NCBI GenBank assembly: GCA_943787795.1
Contig: CALSNU010000005.1
Coordinates: forward strand, 96,001-160,000
DNA: 64,000 nucleotides
Origin: an uncultured bacterium
GTDB taxonomy: Bacteria; Planctomycetota; UBA1135; GCA-002686595
Direction of reading: 5' to 3'
The notes beneath the pieces were generated by a model that made no database searches, was not told the origin of the DNA, and saw nothing but the letters and a program-made list of their open reading frames with translations. Shown here piece by piece: positions 59,901 to 64,000 of the stretch (position 1 is the stretch's first letter; each line of letters begins with the position of its first letter). The position numbers and the translations under genes are program-made.

Positions 59901-60447
59901 GGTCATCGAGCGCGAGGCGGGAGATGCCGGCCTCATCCTTGTGAAGGGGCCGAACGTGATGAAGGGCTACATGGGCATGCCGGAGAAGACGGCCGAGGTC
60001 CTCCGCGACGGCTGGTACACCACGGGAGACATCGGCTACATCGATCGGGACGGCTTCCTCTTCATCACCGATCGGCTCTCGCGCTTCAGCAAGATCGGCG
60101 GAGAGATGGTGCCCCACGGGCGGGTGGAGGAGGTCATCGGTGACCTCATGTTCGAGCTGCTCGGGCCGAGCAGTGAGGAGGCCGAGGAGGACGGGGTTGT
60201 CCCCGAACTAGCTGTGACGGCCGTTGAGCATGCGACCAAGGGAGAGCGCCTCATCGTGCTGCACACGCCGATGCCGTTTGACATGGATGAGCTGAAGGGG
60301 CGCCTCTCCGATAGCGACCTGCCTGCCCTGTTCCGGCCCGCGCCGAACGCCTGGGTCGAGGTGGCGGAGCTCCCCAAGCTGGGGACCGGCAAGCTCGACC
60401 TGCGGGGCCTCTCCGAGCTGGCGCGAGAGCTCGTCGCGTCCCAGTGA
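56944..60447 (+). CDS. aas: MFS lysophospholipid transporter / acyltransferase / acyl-ACP synthetase fusion (LplT-Aas)
   Basis: QFLGAFNDNAFK and FGPSKYG (LplT-type MFS); NHVSFVD and FAEG (PlsC); FSSGSTGVPKG and EGYGCTE (AMP-binding). Confidence 0.92.
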   Translation: MLILLKSRSFGSLVLSQFLGAFNDNAFKQLILLLTVGAATTGAIPWVQESGFAVDASGVNRQELPATLFALPFVVLCLVTGALADRYSKSSIIKVANVLEVVVMGLGLLAIYLESYLGLLLVVGCMGAQSALFGPSKYGILKELLDERDMSRANALIQTTTTVAILGGVVVAGELLDHFPDRLWLPGLAYIVIALGGLVASLAIRHEPARVPDREIPWNLPAEFIRHWRSLRGHPTLAVSIAGSAFYYFVAALLVLVVNEYGLIELGLSSAATSRLMLPVIIGIGVGAVVGGKLSGDRVEGGLVPLGLFGMTGALLAIQIAPANVNWVQACLGFLGLSSGVFSLPIRTLVQVLPPEENRGSVLGFSQVLDFTGILLAAPFLMLLKGMSLSPPEMMIAIAVLILLGFAVSLRFAAHFTVRLVAWIFAHTVYRTRLLGAEHLPKSGGALLVANHVSFVDAVLVAASSDRPVRFLMYRGFFKVPLLGWFARKMEAIPVSSQDSKSEKVAALSAAADAAARGELVCIFAEGGLTRSGHLMSFAAGLERIAREARVPILPVALDRLWGSIFSHEGGKVFWKLPRRLPFKVDVSIGAPMSPDASAFQVRQRIAEQVAEVRTERQGRRGSLAWRFLKEARANAGRPAVLDSTGADLNYRKLMVGALCMREVLRPHLGEARSVAVLMPPGAGGALVNLALALDGRTSVNLNYTMSNGDLAAMCETAGAEHVITARRFLSGLDRPSPLGDEQTILLENIRGGITTGMKLRYLALSFLPGVALANMLAPRRRGGVPESEEVATVIFSSGSTGVPKGVMLTHSNILSNVQSVLEVIALGPGDGVLGILPFFHSFGYTVSLWATFLSGARGVYHVNPLEAKVVGELSQKGGVTITIATPTFYQSYLRRCTKEQFAGIRVALSGAQKLNQGLADAWKEKFGSELMEGYGCTEAAPVVSANLPGGADRPPRQRGHRQGSIGRPLPGVAVKIVDPDVYPAEVIEREAGDAGLILVKGPNVMKGYMGMPEKTAEVLRDGWYTTGDIGYIDRDGFLFITDRLSRFSKIGGEMVPHGRVEEVIGDLMFELLGPSSEEAEEDGVVPELAVTAVEHATKGERLIVLHTPMPFDMDELKGRLSDSDLPALFRPAPNAWVEVAELPKLGTGKLDLRGLSELARELVASQ

Positions 60448-60557
60448 GAGGGCCCAACGGGAGAATCCAGCGCGAGAATCCAGTGGGAGGACCCGGTGAG
60501 GGGGGCGTCGACCGGAGCCTGCCGGGGTCGGGCTCGAACTCCCCCCTCGGGAGGTGA

Positions 60558-61574
60558 TCAGAGCACGGAGAGCGTGGCCTTGTAGGTGAGCGCCGCCGAG
60601 AGCTCTGCGGCGAGCTGGGTGTCGACGTCCATCTTCAACCGCGCGGCGACCTCACCCTCGAGCTCGATCTCGACCAGCTGTCCCGCGGCGAGATCGAACC
60701 GGCCCACACCCTTGAAGCTGATCTCGCCGTCGAGGCTTCCGGTCGACCCTTTCGGCGTCTCCGCGTCGCCACCGGCGGCCTCCTCGACCATGTCCACGAG
60801 ATCGTCGACCTTGAACGAGCCTTCCATGGCGTAGTCGATGATGGCGACACCCTCTGACACCTCGCGGAGAGTGCCCTGCCCCTCGAGCTCCACCTCGTCA
60901 AGGATCCAGCGCGCCCCGACCGAGATCGCGGGTCCCTCCATCTCCTCCCAGCCGTCGAGCGCCGCGGCGCACTGCGCCACGAGGTCCATCGTGCGCCCCG
61001 CGTACTCGCTGGCGTCGAGCTCGAAGGAGTCGCCGACCAGGACGGGCGCGTCGGGGAGCAGGTCAGCGAACGGTGCCGAGAGGGTGAGGCTCCTCGTGAG
61101 CTCTTCCTCAAGGTCGTCGCCGAAGAGGTCCTCGTCGGAGAGGTCCTCGACCTGGACCTCGCCGTCCTCGTTCGAGGTCAGGAGATAGCTGCGATCGTTC
61201 AGCGGGAGATCGAAGGCCTCGTTCATCTCCTTCGTGCGCGGTCCTTGCTCGGAGGTGATGTCCGCCTCCATGGTCTGCCCGGCGAAGTCCACGCGCTTGC
61301 TCTGGGCTCCCCCGCCTTCGGCGGTGAGGACCTCTTCGGTCCGTGAGGTCTCGGTCGAGAACAGCATCTCCAATCCAATGCCAACGCCCCCGACCTCCAC
61401 GCCATCGATGAGCACGGAGAGCTCGTCGAGCACGCCCTCAAGCCTGCCCTCCGAGGAGATCTCCAGGCGCTGGTCGGCGAGGACCTTCGGGCTCAGGCTC
61501 ACGGGGTCTTCGGCGGATCCGCTGGCGGCGGACATCGCGAGGAGGCAGGTGGCGGCGGCGAGCGGGAGTCTCAT
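60558..61574 (-). CDS. Secreted acidic beta-rich protein (DUF6263-like)
   Basis: Signal peptide; LLPDAPVLVGDSF and FDLAAGQL motifs shared with the neighbouring gene. Confidence 0.65.
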   Translation of the reverse strand: MRLPLAAATCLLAMSAASGSAEDPVSLSPKVLADQRLEISSEGRLEGVLDELSVLIDGVEVGGVGIGLEMLFSTETSRTEEVLTAEGGGAQSKRVDFAGQTMEADITSEQGPRTKEMNEAFDLPLNDRSYLLTSNEDGEVQVEDLSDEDLFGDDLEEELTRSLTLSAPFADLLPDAPVLVGDSFELDASEYAGRTMDLVAQCAAALDGWEEMEGPAISVGARWILDEVELEGQGTLREVSEGVAIIDYAMEGSFKVDDLVDMVEEAAGGDAETPKGSTGSLDGEISFKGVGRFDLAAGQLVEIELEGEVAARLKMDVDTQLAAELSAALTYKATLSVL

Positions 61575-61686
61575 GGTGGTTCCTCGCAGAGGTGGGGAAG
61601 AGGCGGCACCATCGCCACCTGCGGGTCCATTCACGCACTCCGCTGGGACTCATTACATGGGATCCCAGAAAACTTGGCACCTATGA

Positions 61687-61727
61687 CCGCGGGGCGGCCG
61701 TGGAGCGATTCCACAGCCGCCCCGCGG
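61687..61727. terminator. Strong hairpin between the two paralogs
   Basis: CCGCGGGGCGGC...GCCGCCCCGCGG 12-bp arms; no clear U tract. Confidence 0.5.
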
Positions 61728-61771
61728 GGCCCAGGGCGGCTCGACTCGAGCCTCCCTTCTGGAGTCTCAGG

Positions 61772-62803
61772 TCACTCGACTTCGACCTTGAAGGTCATCG
61801 CGATCGTCCCGGACATGGCCGCGGCGGCCTCGGCGCTGGTGCCCTGCATGTCGGCGGCGCCGTCCATCTCCATGGACATGTCACCCTCGATCTCGAGGGA
61901 GACGAGCTGGCCGAGCTCGAGGTCGAACATGCCCGTTCCCGTGAGCTCGAGGCCCATGAGCATGGAGGCCTCGACGCCCGGGGGGATCTCACCGGCCTCG
62001 GGCGAGACCTCGGCGGCGAGGGTCATGAGGTCGTCCATCTCGACGGCGGCGGTCATCACGTACTCGATGGTGGCCATGCCGTCCTCGACGCCGGTGACCT
62101 TGCCGACCGCCTCGATGCTCAGGGCTTCGTAGAAGCTCTCCATCACGACCTCCGCGGCGGCGGCCTCCTCATCACCGAGGTCATCCATGGCCTCGCCGAG
62201 GTCCTCTTCCATGAATTCAGCAGCGAGCTCCATCCACTCGCTGGCGAGCTCGAACTCCTCGCCGATCTCGACGGGCTCGTCCGGAAGCAGCCCGGCGGCC
62301 ATGGGCTCGAGGTCGAACATCGCGAGCTCCTCGTCGCTGAGGGCGCCGTCCGCGTCCTCGGTGACGTCCGAAATCTCAAGGTCGCCCTCCTCATCGAGGC
62401 GCACCTCGATGGTGCGGCCGGCGAGGTCGGAGTCGATGGACTCGTTCATGGTGTCCGACTCGCCCATGGCGTCATAGCTCGCCTCGAACTGGCCGTCCTG
62501 CTCGTCGAAGGTGATCCGCATGGCGGTGACCTCACCGTCCTTCACCTCGAGGATCTCCGTCGTCCTGGCCTCCTTCATCTCCGCCAGGACTTCGAACCCG
62601 ATCCCATCGCCCAGGACCTCGGCGCCGTCGACCATGACGGACAGCTCGTCGAGGGCCATATCGGCCTCGCTGGTGGTGCTCACCGTGAAAGTCTGGCCCT
62701 TCTTGAAGCGGAGGGAGAGGTCGACCTCGTCGACGGCGGGCTTGTTGCTGAGGGCCGCGAGGCTGATCAGGAGCGCGGCGCTGGAAGTGAGGGTGTAGTT
62801 CAT
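61772..62803 (-). CDS. Secreted acidic beta-rich protein (DUF6263-like), paralog of the previous gene
   Basis: Signal peptide; LDELSVMVDG, LLPDEPVEIGEEF, FDLELGQL. Confidence 0.7.
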   Translation of the reverse strand: MNYTLTSSAALLISLAALSNKPAVDEVDLSLRFKKGQTFTVSTTSEADMALDELSVMVDGAEVLGDGIGFEVLAEMKEARTTEILEVKDGEVTAMRITFDEQDGQFEASYDAMGESDTMNESIDSDLAGRTIEVRLDEEGDLEISDVTEDADGALSDEELAMFDLEPMAAGLLPDEPVEIGEEFELASEWMELAAEFMEEDLGEAMDDLGDEEAAAAEVVMESFYEALSIEAVGKVTGVEDGMATIEYVMTAAVEMDDLMTLAAEVSPEAGEIPPGVEASMLMGLELTGTGMFDLELGQLVSLEIEGDMSMEMDGAADMQGTSAEAAAAMSGTIAMTFKVEVE

Positions 62804-62993
62804 CGGGGGGGGAATAGGAGAGGGTCGAAAGCGAGCGGTAGCTGTTTTGCTATTGGTTGCGTCAGGGCAGCCTGACCCGCCTCGGGAATCTGGCTGAAAC
62901 CTGAATACGGAGCACAAATGTAGCGCCGGCGGCGCAGCGGACGGGGGCGGATCCTGGGAACGTCCAGCCCCCCCGGGACCCCTTCGGGCTCTC

Positions 62994-63047
62994 CCCTGGG
63001 TCCCTCAACTCCCCTGGGTTCCTCAACTCGCTGGGGTCCCTCAACTC
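62994..63047. repeat. 18-bp tandem repeat x3 (CCCTGGGTYCCTCAACTC-like)
   Basis: Read directly downstream of the DUF1501 gene. Confidence 0.8.
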
Positions 63048-63073
63048 GGGGGCCCCTCAGCCGCGGAGGCCCC

Positions 63074-64000
63074 TCAGGCGAGCCAGTCGTGCTGCACGTG
63101 GCCAAAGACGTCGGTCAGGCGCATGTCGCGTCCATCGAACCGGACAGACAGGCGCGTGTGATCGAGACCGAGGGCGTGCAGGAGCGTTGCGTGCAGGTCG
63201 TGCATCTCCACGGGCCGGTCCACCGCGAAGTAACCGAAGTCATCCGTGGCGCCGAAGCTATGGCCGCCCTTGAACCCGCCACCGGCGAGCCAGATGGTGA
63301 ATCCGTGCGGGTTGTGATCGCGGCCGCGGTTGTCGCCGTCGCCGCCCCCTTGGGCCATCGGGGTGCGACCGAACTCACCGGCGAAGAGCACCACGGTGGA
63401 CTCCAGAAGCCCGCGGCTCTGCAGATCCGCGAGCAGCGCGGCCACGGGCCGGTCCACGGCGCGGGCGTTGTCGGTGTGGCCCTTCTTCAGGTTGGAGTGC
63501 TGATCCCAGCGGTCGTGACCCGTGGCGACCATGGGGACCTGGACAAAGCGGACGCCGCGTTCGACCAGCCGGCGGGCGAGCATGCACTGGCGACCGAAGG
63601 TCGCCGTCGCCTTGAACTCGTCGTCGATCCCGTAGAGCTCCCGCGTGGCGGCGGACTCGGCGCTCAGGTCCGCGAGCTCGGGAACGGCGGACTGCATCCG
63701 GAAGGCGAGCTCGTAGTTGTCGAGGGCGGCCTCGATGGAGCCGTCGCGCTCACCGCCGCGCTGATCAAGGGCCTCCAGGAGCCTGCGGCGGTTGGCCTCG
63801 CGCTCGCTTCCGGAGTGGGGGCCACGGGCGTGGGCGACCGGCTCACCCTTGGACCGGAAGGTCGAGCCCTGATAGGAGGGGCTCAGGAACCCGCTGCCGT
63901 AGCACTCGATGCCGCCAGGCGGCGTCAGCCCGCCGTCGACGACCACATAGCCGGGGAGGTTCTTGGACTCGGAGCCGAGCCCGTAGGCGCACCAGGCGCC
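63074..64000 (-). CDS. DUF1501 family protein (3' part; start outside window)
   Basis: YELAFRMQ, ARRLVERGVRFVQ, WDQH, GEFGRTP, GRDHNP, GATDDFG, DLHATLLH, RLTDV. Confidence 0.93.
   Translation of the reverse strand, partial: GAWCAYGLGSESKNLPGYVVVDGGLTPPGGIECYGSGFLSPSYQGSTFRSKGEPVAHARGPHSGSEREANRRRLLEALDQRGGERDGSIEAALDNYELAFRMQSAVPELADLSAESAATRELYGIDDEFKATATFGRQCMLARRLVERGVRFVQVPMVATGHDRWDQHSNLKKGHTDNARAVDRPVAALLADLQSRGLLESTVVLFAGEFGRTPMAQGGGDGDNRGRDHNPHGFTIWLAGGGFKGGHSFGATDDFGYFAVDRPVEMHDLHATLLHALGLDHTRLSVRFDGRDMRLTDVFGHVQHDWLA

Noticed and set aside
56791..60117. 1108-aa minus-strand ORF
   Set aside because: Antisense shadow of the aas fusion; typical of high-GC codon bias, no motifs.

Overview
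Very GC-rich bacterial chromosome segment, most likely Planctomycetota: it carries the PVC signature small basic protein, a DUF1501 gene and planctomycete-type TPR-secretins. From left to right: a partial HAD hydrolase; a minus-strand envelope locus (secretin, large TPR protein, TPR protein, ExbB/TolQ, two ExbD/TolR, second secretin) with no TonB or secretion ATPase; uracil-DNA glycosylase and mtaB; TPR and SPOR-like proteins; a frameshifted queE; der; three glycosyltransferases; a dcw cluster (mraZ rsmH ftsL-like ftsI murE murF mraY ftsW LysM murG, then murC murB) with no murD, ftsQ, ftsA or ftsZ in the window; DJ-1/PfpI; thrS; an ATP-grasp/zinc-peptidase pair; a HEAT-repeat gene; TPP riboswitch-thiC; an LplT-Aas fusion; two acidic secreted paralogs; partial DUF1501. 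The strongest unexpected signal is in the HEAT-repeat gene. Its apparent start (ATG 54737, good RBS, signal peptide) is in frame with the 638-aa ORF across two tandem UGA codons, which are followed immediately by a bacterial SECIS-like stem-loop. This makes it a candidate exported selenoprotein with adjacent Sec-Sec. Also notable are the two-secretin/ExbBDD motor locus, TGGCA-type MraZ boxes and many unrelated intergenic minisatellites. All calls come from reading motifs by eye; no database searches were run.
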